Below the pieces are notes generated by a model. It saw only the letters and a program-made list of their open reading frames with translations. It did not search any database and had not been told where the DNA came from. Of a stretch of DNA of 64,000 bases, positions 22,656-32,500 are shown piece after piece. How positions within the stretch are numbered: the stretch's first letter is position 1; the number at the start of each line of letters is the position of its first letter. Made by a program: the position numbers and the translations under genes. The stretch is from assembly GCA_033763315.1 (NCBI GenBank), contig JANRKS010000019.1:32001-96000 (forward strand), in the 5' to 3' direction. The DNA is from Deltaproteobacteria bacterium. Its GTDB lineage: Bacteria; Myxococcota_A; Polyangia; Fen-1088.

Positions 22656-24227
22656 ATGAAGTCCCTGACTGTTGCTCGCCTGTCATTGCTGTTGGCTTGG
22701 CCTTCGCGTTACCTCTTGATTTCCACCTGCTCCGCCTTGGCCGTGGGGGCATGGGAGCCGCGGGTGGCGCTGGCGCAGAGTGAGGAGGCGGTCAGCAAGG
22801 TTAAGGATCTGAACCAGAAGGCGCTCACGGCTTATGACAATCTGGAGCTCGAAGAGGCTCGCAAAGCGCTCACGGAAGCCCTGCAAATTTGTGCGCAAGA
22901 GGGAATGAACGAACACCCCTGGAAGGCGCGCACGCACGTTCACCTAGGCGCGATTTTGGTGGGCGGCTTTCAGCAAAAAGAGTTGGCCGTCAAGCAGTTC
23001 CAACGCGCGCTTGAGATTCAACCAGAGATTCAACTGACGCCTTCATTGCGCAATCCCGAAACGCAGGCCGTGTTCGATGAAGCCAAAAAGGGCGGGGGCA
23101 GCAAGCCTGTGGCCACCAAGCCTACAGAGGCGCCCGCTGAAAAGCCCCCCGAGCCCGCCAAGGAAGAGCCCGCGGGCATAACCCACCAGCCTGTGGCCAC
23201 CTCTCCCGTGGGAGCCAAGGTGGAGATCAAAGCGAAGGTCAGCAAGGTGAAGTTCAGCCGGCTGGTGCTGGCTTACCGCCCCGAAGGCGCCACGGGCTTT
23301 TTGGCTCGCGATATGGAAGCCACGGGCGAGGGCTGGTACGTCGCTCGGATCCCCGAACCTGCCACGCAGGGCGGGTTGGTGCAGTACTACATCGAAGCTC
23401 GTGATGACATGGGCCGCGCCGTCGCAAACAACGGTTCGGAAACCGAGCCTCACGTGGTGGCGTTGGGCGACGCGGCGGCCGGCGTCGACGCGGCCTCTTT
23501 GGTCGAAGCTGAGCCTGAGGCGGCGCCAGCGGCTGACGAGACACCCGCGGGCCCAGACAAAGTGGGCTTTGTATTTGGCGTCAGCGTCGGTTCGGGCTTC
23601 GGCTACGTGTCGGGCTCGCCCGAGGTTAACCCAACGGTGGCCGACGACGACGGCGATCCCAACACGCCTGCCGCCGACATCAATTTCTCAGGCGTGGCTG
23701 CCTCGAAGCTGGGCCATTTGAACATCGAAGCCGGCTACGCGATTCGCCCCGGTTTCATCCTTTCGCTGCAGGCACGCATGCAAAAAGTCAGCGGCGCCAC
23801 CGAGGCCTTCAGCGTGGTGGATAGCAATGGCACCACGAAGAAGTTCTCGCCGGCAACCGGGGCCGTCTCGGTGTTCGGCAAGGCCACGTGGTTGCTAGGC
23901 GCTCCGGGGTCGATCCGGCCCTTCGTGTCCGTCATGGGCGGCGGCGGCGAGCTGCGCCACGTGGTGGACATCGGCGACAAGCGCGCTGATTGTGGTCCGC
24001 TGCCAATGCCCGAAGTGGGGATCGATCCCAACGATAGCGCTACCTTGCCCAACCAGAAGTGCGTCGACACGGTGAAGTCGGGACCCTTGTTGGTTGGCGG
24101 TTCGGCAGGGCTTATTTTGAAGCTGGCCGACAGCGTGGGCGTGACGGCAGGCCTCAATGGCATCGTTGGCATTCCCAACTTTGCGCTGCACGCCGACCTC
24201 AACCTTGGCATGCTGTTGTTGCTCTAG
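22656..24227 (+). CDS. Exported TPR protein with Ig-like middle domain and probable C-terminal beta-barrel-like region
   Basis: Signal-like N-terminus, TPR-like helices (AVKQFQRALEIQP), Pro/Glu linker, beta-sandwich (VQYYIEARD), amphipathic Gly-rich C-terminal strands. Alternative start TTG 22650. Confidence 0.65.
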   Translation: MKSLTVARLSLLLAWPSRYLLISTCSALAVGAWEPRVALAQSEEAVSKVKDLNQKALTAYDNLELEEARKALTEALQICAQEGMNEHPWKARTHVHLGAILVGGFQQKELAVKQFQRALEIQPEIQLTPSLRNPETQAVFDEAKKGGGSKPVATKPTEAPAEKPPEPAKEEPAGITHQPVATSPVGAKVEIKAKVSKVKFSRLVLAYRPEGATGFLARDMEATGEGWYVARIPEPATQGGLVQYYIEARDDMGRAVANNGSETEPHVVALGDAAAGVDAASLVEAEPEAAPAADETPAGPDKVGFVFGVSVGSGFGYVSGSPEVNPTVADDDGDPNTPAADINFSGVAASKLGHLNIEAGYAIRPGFILSLQARMQKVSGATEAFSVVDSNGTTKKFSPATGAVSVFGKATWLLGAPGSIRPFVSVMGGGGELRHVVDIGDKRADCGPLPMPEVGIDPNDSATLPNQKCVDTVKSGPLLVGGSAGLILKLADSVGVTAGLNGIVGIPNFALHADLNLGMLLLL

Positions 24228-24230
24228 ACC

Positions 24231-24815
24231 TTACGTCTTTTCAGGCTCCCACAGCGGTTCCGCCTCGCCATAGAGGCGGCTTGCGTGGCGGCTCATCACG
24301 AACAGCGAATCAGACAGGCGGTTCAGATAAGGGATCGCCCAGGGGCCCACGGGTTCTTCGGCCTCCAATTTGACCGCCAGGCGTTCCGCGCGCCGGCACA
24401 CCGTGCGCGCCAGATGCAGGTAAGACGCGACCATGCCGCCGCCCGGTAGGATGAAGCTGCGCAATTCAGGCAGGTGCTCGTTCCATCCATCAAGCTCAGC
24501 TTCCAGCTTGAGCACATGGCGCTCTTCCACGACGGGTTGCTTCGGGTGCAGATCTTCGTTCAACGTGGCCAATTCGCCGCCCAGGTTGAACAGCTCGTTC
24601 TGTATGCGCCGGATCGATTCGGCCAACGCCGCCGCTCCTTCGGGCGCGCCCGGCAACATCAAGGTTGTGCGTGCCAGCCCGAGGCAACACGAAAGCTCGT
24701 CAACGGTGCCGTAGCACTCGATGCGGGTGGCGTCCTTGCGCACCTTTTGTCCGCCCACGAGGCGTGTGTGGCCTTTGTCGCCGGCCTTGGTATAGATGCG
24801 GTTGAGGCGAATCAT
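24231..24815 (-). CDS. pduO: ATP:cob(I)alamin adenosyltransferase, PduO/MMAB type
   Basis: IYTKAGDKGHT, YGTVDELS, FILPGG, ARTVCRRAER, YLNRLSDSLF. Confidence 0.93.
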   Translation of the reverse strand: MIRLNRIYTKAGDKGHTRLVGGQKVRKDATRIECYGTVDELSCCLGLARTTLMLPGAPEGAAALAESIRRIQNELFNLGGELATLNEDLHPKQPVVEERHVLKLEAELDGWNEHLPELRSFILPGGGMVASYLHLARTVCRRAERLAVKLEAEEPVGPWAIPYLNRLSDSLFVMSRHASRLYGEAEPLWEPEKT

Positions 24816-25549
24816 TGCAGGACGTTAGCACGCGCTTTGGTGCGCTTCCCGAACAGCCCGAGGCGGTGTTGATGGACGTGGGCTTCACCATGGTGGTGTA
24901 CGATTCACAACGCCTCGCCGACTTGGTTAAACCGTTTGGCGTGTTCGTGGACGCGGCCCGCATCGAAGCCACGCAACCGATGATCCGGCGCGAACTCAGC
25001 CACTCGGCGTGGGCGTTTGGGCGCCAAGGCGAAGGGCGGGCGCGCGGGGAAGACTTCTTTTCGCGCGTGCTGGTTGTGGCCGGCGCTGAATTTCGGCCCG
25101 CACAGCTGGCAGCGGCCGTGAGCCACGTTTGGGAACAACATCTTGCCGACAATTTATGGACGCAGGTTTTTCCTGGCGTTCATGAGGCACTGGCGATGCT
25201 CCGAGCGGCGGGGCTGCGGCTGGGTGTCATCTCCAACGCAGAAGGCACCATCGTCGCGCTTTTGAAGCGCATCGGTGTGCTGGACGCCTTTGAGTTGGTG
25301 CTGGATTCCACAGTTGTGGGCGTGGCCAAGCCTGATCGCCGCATTTTCGAGCTGGCGCTCAAAAGCCTCGAATTGCCTCCAGAGCGTGTGGTGATGGTGG
25401 GCGATTCAGTCGCCGCCGACGTGGAAGGCGCGTGGGGCGCGGGCGTGCCGGCCGCCTTGATCGATCCCTTCGACATCCACCCGCAGTGCGTGGCCCCGCG
25501 TTTTGGCGATCTGTTGTCCTTTGCGCGGGCGCTGATCTCGGCTAAGTAG
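24815..25549 (+). CDS. HAD-IA family hydrolase
   Basis: LMDVGFT, GVISN, AKPDRRIF, MVGDSVAADVEGA. Start codon uncertain (TTG 24815, preceded by GAGG). Confidence 0.8.
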   Translation: MQDVSTRFGALPEQPEAVLMDVGFTMVVYDSQRLADLVKPFGVFVDAARIEATQPMIRRELSHSAWAFGRQGEGRARGEDFFSRVLVVAGAEFRPAQLAAAVSHVWEQHLADNLWTQVFPGVHEALAMLRAAGLRLGVISNAEGTIVALLKRIGVLDAFELVLDSTVVGVAKPDRRIFELALKSLELPPERVVMVGDSVAADVEGAWGAGVPAALIDPFDIHPQCVAPRFGDLLSFARALISAK

Positions 25550-25688
25550 GGCGCACAGACACTGGTTGGCGTTGCCACCTGGGTGTGCAACGCGTTGACT
25601 TGGCAAGAGTTTGCCTTGCAGTGCGGTCCTGAACCTGCTTTAAACTACCGCGCCTTTTTAGAATTCACACGAGGAAGACCCCACCGTC

Positions 25689-27788
25689 ATGCCGTCCATC
25701 GACAAAATCCGCAATATTGGAATTTCTGCCCACATCGACTCGGGCAAAACCACGTTGTCTGAGCGCATTCTCTTTTACACGGGCAAGATCCACAAGATCA
25801 GCGAAGTCCGCGGCAAAGACGGCGTCGGCGCGAAGATGGACTCGATGGACCTTGAGCGTGAAAAGGGCATCACCATTCAGTCGGCCGCCACGTACTGTGA
25901 GTGGAAAGACATCAACATCAACTTGATCGACACCCCGGGCCACGTGGACTTCACCGTGGAAGTGGAACGTGCGTTGCGCGTGCTCGACGGCGCTGTGCTC
26001 GTTCTGTGTGGCGTGGCTGGTGTGCAATCGCAGTCGTACACCGTTGATCGGCAAATGCGCCGCTACAACGTCCCGCGCTTGGCGTTCATCAACAAACTTG
26101 ATCGCGCGGGAGCCAGCGGCGCGCGCGTGGCCGCGCAGTTGAAAGAGAAGCTCGGCCACCACGTGGTCGTGATGCAGATCCAGATGGGCGAAGAAGATCG
26201 CCTCGAAGGCCTCGTTGACTTGGTCAAGATGAAGGCCTTTTACTTCGACGGCGACAACGGCGAAGACATCCGCGAAGAAGAAATTCCCGCACAGCATGTC
26301 GATGCGGCCAAGGCTGCGCGTCAAGCCATGATCGAAGCCATCGCCGAAGTTGACGACACCTTGGCCGAGAAGTTCTTGGCTGAAGAAGAGCCAACCCAAG
26401 CCGAAATCATGGCGGCCGTTCGCCGCGCGTGCATTGCCTTGAAGGCAACGCCGGTGTTCATGGGCTCGGCCTATAAAAACAAGGGCGTGCAGCTCTTGCT
26501 CGACGGCGTTTCGGATTTCTTGCCGAACCCAACCGAGGTCAACAACTTCGCGCTCGATCAAAAGAAGGGCGAAGAGCGTTTCAAGCTTGAGTCCGATGCG
26601 ACCAAGCCCTTGGTGGCGCTTGCGTTCAAGTTGGAAGATGGCCGCTACGGCCAGTTGACGTACATGCGCGTCTACCAAGGCAAGATGAACAAGGGCGAGT
26701 TCATCTACAACTGTTCCGCGGGCAACAAGAAGGTCAAGATTCCTCGCTTGGTGCGTATGCACTCGAACGAAATGAACGACGTCGAATCGGCCGAGGCCGG
26801 CGGCATCGTGGCGTTGTTCGGCGTGGAATGCGCGTCAGGCGATACGTTTACTGACGGTCAGCTTGAAGCCACCATGACGTCGATGCACGTGCCTGACGCC
26901 GTTATCTCGTTGGCGGTTACGCCGAAGGATAAGGCGAACGCCACCAACTTCTCAAAGGCGCTCAACCGCTTCACGAAGGAAGATCCCACCTTCCGCGTGC
27001 ACCGCGACGAAGAGTCGGCACAAACCATCATCAGCGGCATGGGCGAGCTTCACCTCGAGATCTACATCGAGCGTATGAAGCGCGAGTACGGCTGCGAAGT
27101 GATCGCGGGCAAGCCACAGGTGGCCTACCGCGAGACGATCAAGAAGAAGGCCGACTACAACTACACCCACAAGAAGCAAACGGGTGGTTCGGGTCAGTAT
27201 GCCCGCGTGGCGGGCTTCATCGAGCCGAACGTGGCCGAAAGCGGCGCGCTTTACGAGTTCGTGGACGAGATCTCGGGCGGCGTGATCCCGCGTGAATACA
27301 TTCCTGCGGTTGATAAGGGTTTCCGCGAGGCGATCACGAAGGGCCCGTTGATTGGGTTCCCCATCGTGGACGTCAAGTGCACCTTGAACGACGGTCAATA
27401 CCACGCCGTCGACTCATCCGAGCTTGCGTTCAAGACCGCCGGCATCATGGGCTTCCGCGAGGCTTACATGAAGGCTGACCCCACCATCCTCGAGCCCATC
27501 ATGCTGGTTGAAGTCACATTCCCTGAGGAATTCCAGGGCAACGTGCTTGGCCAGCTGAACCAACGCCGCGGGCAAATCGTGTCCACGGACAAGGAAGAAG
27601 GCTTCGTGCGCGCCCAAGCGGAAGTTCCCTTGAACGACATGTTCGGTTACTCCACCGACCTGCGCTCCGGCACGCAAGGCAAAGGCGAGTTCTCGATGGA
27701 GTTCAAGCGCTACGCCGAGGTGCCTCGCCAGGTGCGTGACGCGATGATCGCTGAGTTCAAGGCCAAGAAAGAAAAAGAAGCCAAGTAA
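25689..27788 (+). CDS. fusA: Elongation factor G (stand-alone, spd/mitochondrial EF-G1-like)
   Basis: [58 protein letters not shown]. No rpsL/rpsG/tuf neighbours. Confidence 0.96.
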   Translation: MPSIDKIRNIGISAHIDSGKTTLSERILFYTGKIHKISEVRGKDGVGAKMDSMDLEREKGITIQSAATYCEWKDININLIDTPGHVDFTVEVERALRVLDGAVLVLCGVAGVQSQSYTVDRQMRRYNVPRLAFINKLDRAGASGARVAAQLKEKLGHHVVVMQIQMGEEDRLEGLVDLVKMKAFYFDGDNGEDIREEEIPAQHVDAAKAARQAMIEAIAEVDDTLAEKFLAEEEPTQAEIMAAVRRACIALKATPVFMGSAYKNKGVQLLLDGVSDFLPNPTEVNNFALDQKKGEERFKLESDATKPLVALAFKLEDGRYGQLTYMRVYQGKMNKGEFIYNCSAGNKKVKIPRLVRMHSNEMNDVESAEAGGIVALFGVECASGDTFTDGQLEATMTSMHVPDAVISLAVTPKDKANATNFSKALNRFTKEDPTFRVHRDEESAQTIISGMGELHLEIYIERMKREYGCEVIAGKPQVAYRETIKKKADYNYTHKKQTGGSGQYARVAGFIEPNVAESGALYEFVDEISGGVIPREYIPAVDKGFREAITKGPLIGFPIVDVKCTLNDGQYHAVDSSELAFKTAGIMGFREAYMKADPTILEPIMLVEVTFPEEFQGNVLGQLNQRRGQIVSTDKEEGFVRAQAEVPLNDMFGYSTDLRSGTQGKGEFSMEFKRYAEVPRQVRDAMIAEFKAKKEKEAK

Positions 27789-27822
27789 GCTTCTCGGTTT
27801 TCCAACCACATCAAGTTCGTTT

Positions 27823-27866
27823 GTAAGTCCGGAACCTCCACGCGGGGTTTCGGACTTACTTGTTTT
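27823..27866 (+). terminator. Intrinsic terminator after fusA
   Basis: Stem GTAAGTCCGGAACC...GGTTTCGGACTTAC followed by TTGTTTT. Confidence 0.7.
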
Positions 27867-27957
27867 GGGGTCGGCCCGACAGTGAAGGCTTTGTACTGCG
27901 CGAACGTGCAGTTCAACGCCTAATGTTTGGTGTCCCGACCGCCGATTTATTCTGTTG

Positions 27958-29565
27958 ATGCACTCACGGCGGCCCTTAGAAAAATGGTTGGCAGGCCTGT
28001 TGTTGGGAGGAAGCCTTTTGGTGCCCGCGGCGGCGCTGGGGGCCGAGGTTGTGGCGAAGCCTGATCCGGAAACCGCTTTGCGCGAGACCTTGGTGGCTCG
28101 CTGTGAAAAGCGGTGGACACGAAACTTTGTGCCCATGGCCAAAGCGCAACTGCCGGCCAACGATCCCGCCAACGATGAGAGCCGGCAGGTGGTGCTGGAC
28201 GTGATCGTAGATCGCAAGGGCAGGTTCGTATCGGTTGACCTTGGCACGCCCTCGGGCGCCGATGGTTTGGACCAAGCCGCCAAAGACATCGCGCTTGATA
28301 CGGGGCCCGTGGCGAAGATCGATCCGGCTTTGCTTTCGGACGATGGCAACCTGCACGCGGTCTGGGTGTTTGCGCGCAAAGATGGTGCGTGTTCGGATTT
28401 GCAGTTCCGCGACGTGCACTTGCCGCCTGAGCAAGCCATTCCCACGTTGATCAGTCAAGGGCGTGAGGCGCGCGCTTTGGAACGTTTGGCCGAGGCGGTT
28501 GCCGACGGCAATGACAAGGCCGTGAGCGTGTTCGGTCAACACTGGCTCAAGCGCGTAAGCACAAGCAAAGACAAGCAGGCGAGCCTTGCGGGTGTGGCGG
28601 CGCTTGCACAGACGGGCAACCGTGAGGCCGCCGCGCAATTGGCTGCGTTGGCGGAAGCAGGCAAGCTGCCGCCGGCGTTTTGGCAACATTTGGGTTTGTC
28701 GGGGCAGGCCGTGTGCCCGGTGGCGAAGAAGGCGCTGGGTGACAAGAGCGCTGAAGCGCGCGCCGCCGCTTTGCATGCGCTCGGCGTTCATTTCGACAAA
28801 GCTTGCTTAGGCACGCTGGCGGCCTTGGCGATGAATACGACGGCGCCCGCCGAAGAACGTATCTTGGCTTTGGCCGCTTTGGCGAAAAGCGACAGCGAAG
28901 AAGCCCGCGTGGCTTCGAAGAAGGCCATGGACGACGCCAACGTGAAAGTCCGCGCGGCTGCCATTCGTTCGTGGGCACAACCCGATCGCGGCTTGCGTGC
29001 GTTGTACGGCCTCACCGCCATCATGAAGGAGCCGAACGTCACCGTGCGCGCTGCGATCAACGCCGGCATCGCGAGGTCTTCTGGCGACAAGGGTTTGGAG
29101 CAGCTCTACCTTGTGTATAAAGAGAAGGACCCGCAGATCTATGAGGCGTTGAGCGAAGAGCTGGGGCAAATGAGCACTGAAGCGTCGGCGGAGATGCTGC
29201 GGCGGTTTTTGAAGAAGGACGACGCAAAGATTCGCCGAGCGGCAGCCATGGCGGTTGGGCGGCGCTCTGATCGCTTTGCAAAAGCGGTGTCGGCCACATT
29301 GACCGACGACGCTGATCCCGCTTTCAAAGTGCTTGCCAGCCACGCGATGGCAGCTGCCGACGTGGATACCACGGTGGCCGCGGTGGATCCGAAGCAACGG
29401 CGTTGGGCTTTTGGTTTGTTGTTGGAAGCTGGTTTGCGTGCACCCGCGTCTAAGCTCATGCTCGCGGCTTGGCCGCAACTGGCAGAGGACGCGCGTCTTG
29501 AATGGATCGCTACGTGGTTAATGGCGGGTGAACCGCCTTCCAAAGTTGCATCGTCACGGCCTTAA
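27958..29565 (+). CDS. Exported protein with TonB C-terminal-like domain and HEAT repeats
   Basis: Signal peptide, VVLDVIVDRKGRFVSV...SGADGLDQAA, and repeated D..a.vRaAA helical motifs. Confidence 0.65.
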   Translation: MHSRRPLEKWLAGLLLGGSLLVPAAALGAEVVAKPDPETALRETLVARCEKRWTRNFVPMAKAQLPANDPANDESRQVVLDVIVDRKGRFVSVDLGTPSGADGLDQAAKDIALDTGPVAKIDPALLSDDGNLHAVWVFARKDGACSDLQFRDVHLPPEQAIPTLISQGREARALERLAEAVADGNDKAVSVFGQHWLKRVSTSKDKQASLAGVAALAQTGNREAAAQLAALAEAGKLPPAFWQHLGLSGQAVCPVAKKALGDKSAEARAAALHALGVHFDKACLGTLAALAMNTTAPAEERILALAALAKSDSEEARVASKKAMDDANVKVRAAAIRSWAQPDRGLRALYGLTAIMKEPNVTVRAAINAGIARSSGDKGLEQLYLVYKEKDPQIYEALSEELGQMSTEASAEMLRRFLKKDDAKIRRAAAMAVGRRSDRFAKAVSATLTDDADPAFKVLASHAMAAADVDTTVAAVDPKQRRWAFGLLLEAGLRAPASKLMLAAWPQLAEDARLEWIATWLMAGEPPSKVASSRP

Positions 29566-32500
29566 CCAGCGCCTTGTGACTGCGCGGTCATCTCGGCGTG
29601 TTGCGCGAAGATGGCTTGGTGTTCGGGAATGTTGAGGAAGGCGGTGGCCAGAACTTCGTCGCCCATCGTTTCGGCTGATCGTTGAAGCTTTTGTACGGCG
29701 TGGGTCAGCACTTGGTAAGCGCGCTCCTTGTTGCCCACGGCCAGCAGCGCCTGGCACAAGGTGAGGCGCAGATACGCTTCGCCGTCTTCAACGGGCACGC
29801 CCTCGTCATCGATCATGCGCCGGCCCTCTTCGGCCAAGCGCAAGGCTTCAAGCGAATTGCCCTCGCGCATTCTCACCCGTGCCGTAAGCGCCAGCGCGTA
29901 GGGCCGCAACGGCCGGGCCACTTGGGGATCCTCGGCAAACGGCTGCACATAACGCGAGGCGGATTCAACATCGTTTTCCATGAGCGCCAGCTGCGCGCGA
30001 AATAGCCCAAGCCCCAGATCAAGCCACGTGGCACCCAAACCCTGCAAAGCCGCCGCGGCTTCACTGTAAGCCTGTCGCGCGGCAGCCACTTCATCGCGGT
30101 ACATGTTCACGATGCCCACATTCGCGGCCGCCAAGGCCTCGAACAAACGCGAGCGGATGCGGCGGGCGAAGACCAGGCTGGGCTGCAAGAGCTCGAGCGT
30201 TTCATCGAACAAGCCAGCCAACATGATGGTTGAGATGAGTGTGTTGCGTGCTTCCACCTCTAAGAGCTCGTCCCCGGCCAAGCGGGCCTCTTCGAGCGCG
30301 CGGTGGTGATGGGCGCGCGCTTGACCCAGGCGGCCCCAGCGGCGCTCTGTGGCGCCGCGGATGATCGCAAGGCGCGCTTTGGTTTCGTGCCGCAGCAGCG
30401 CACCATCCACCGTCTCTGCCTCCTGCAGCAACGTCTCCGCGTGTTGCAAAAATTCACTGGTCATCAAACCACCAGAGATGGCGGCCAACGCCATGGCACG
30501 TGCATCAACGGAAACGTCGTCAATGGTCTCGCCATCGAGCGCCGTGAACGAAAGATCCATCAGTGTTTGGGCGTTGGCACTGTCACCCAATACCGCCGCG
30601 CCACATTCAATCGCGGTGTACCAGTCGGCTGAATTGGGCGTAAACAGGCTGATGGCTTTCTGGGCTGGTGGCCAACTGTCTTGCAAGCGTCCCATCCAAC
30701 GCAGCGCGCGTGCCTCGAGCAGCGACAAGCGGGCGAGCTGGGCGTTGTCGGGTTGCAGCCCATAGGCGCGGCTGACGAAGCCCAACGTGCCTTCAAGGTC
30801 GCCGGCGCCGTAGGCTTGGTTGGCGGCGGCTTCGGCCAACGCGCACGCACGTGGCACATCGCCGGCACGTGTGAAGTGCTCCAATAGGACCGACGGGGGC
30901 GTGCTGCCTTCGTCTTGCAACCAACGGCCCGCAAGCTTGTGCCCCAACACGCGGTCACCCGCCGTAAGGCTTTGGTAGGTCGCTTCTCGTGTAAGCTCAT
31001 GCCAAAAGCGATAGGTGGCTCTGCCCGTCGATTGAAGAACTTCTTCTTCAATCAGAAACTTGAGCCATCGATCAAGATCATCGCAATCCTCTTTGCCGAG
31101 CAGCGGGAACAACGCTGGCTGCACGAACTGCCGGCCGAAGATGCTGGCGGCGCGCAGAATGCGACGTGCAGGTGCAGGAAGATCGCCAAGACGCGCTTGC
31201 ACCGTTCCAAGCACGGCGTCTGGCACTTGCGATTTGCCGCGCCGTCGCACAGCGCGCGCAAGCTCTTCGATGTAAAAGGGGTTGCCATCCGCGCGTTCGG
31301 CGATCCACTCCGCTGGGGTGGAGCCGCCTGAGGGCAATAGCTGCGTGATCAACCGAGCGGCATCTTCGGCTGACAATGGTTCCAGCGTGCGCCGCGATGG
31401 TGCCAGGCCTTCCCAAAGCGATGGATAACGCTCCGAAAGTTCAGGCCGCGCCAACGCGATGACGAGGCAGGCACTTGCTTGTGACAAAGCGGAGCCCAAG
31501 AGCTTGATCGACGCCGCGTCCGCCCAGTGCAGATCATCCAACAGCAGCACGACAGGCGCACGCGCCGTGGCCAGCTTGAGCGCGTCCCCCACGGCGAACG
31601 CCATCTGTTCTGCCATCAAGCGTGGGTCGTTGCGCGCAGGACGCAGCAGATGTTCAGAATCGGTGTTGGGCACGGCACCCAACAGCTCACATAGATAAAC
31701 ACATGACTGGGCAACGTCGACCAGCGTGCCGCCGCTTTCCATGAAGCGGCTAACGATCTCTCGCAGCGCTTTGCGAGGCGTGTCCTCTTGGATGGACATG
31801 GCGTTCATCACAAGCTGACGCACGTAACCGAGCGGCGTCGCCGCTTGCAACGTGTCGCTTTGCGCTCGCCACACGAGAAATTCTGCGTGCGCGCCGAGGT
31901 GAGTGAGAGCGGCCGATGCCAAGCGGCTTTTGCCCACGCCCGCTTCGGCTTGCCACACAACGGCGCGTGGAGCGTTCGCTTGCCGTACCTCTGCGAACAA
32001 TTGTGTAAGGTGTTGGAGTTCATCGCTGCGGCCAACGAACAAGCGCTCCTTCGCGTGCACGTTCACCGGCGCTGGGGTCGGCGTGATGTCGTCGACGAGC
32101 AACCATTTGTCACCTGCGTAAAGCACCTCGAAGCTACGCTCAAGCAGCGACGCCATGTCATCGTCAAGCGATACGGCTCCCGGTGCGGTGCTCGCGAGCC
32201 GCGAGCTGGTGTCATCCAACAGTTTGCCAAGCGGCAACCCCTGTCGCACCACGGCTTTGCCCAATGACATCGACGTGCTGGCAAGTGCATTGTGACGTCG
32301 CAACGCCAGCGCACAGCGGGTGGCGCTGGTGGCCAGCTCGCTTGCCGTGCCTTTGCCTTGGCACGTGATCAGCAACGTTCCATCCACCAGTTGGTTGATT
32401 TGCGCGTCCAGCTGCGCAAGTGAAGCTTTGAGCGTTTCGGGCAAATCGTTGACCGGCGTGGTGCCCACGTCTTTGGTTTGATCCGGTCTGGCAAGGCTCC

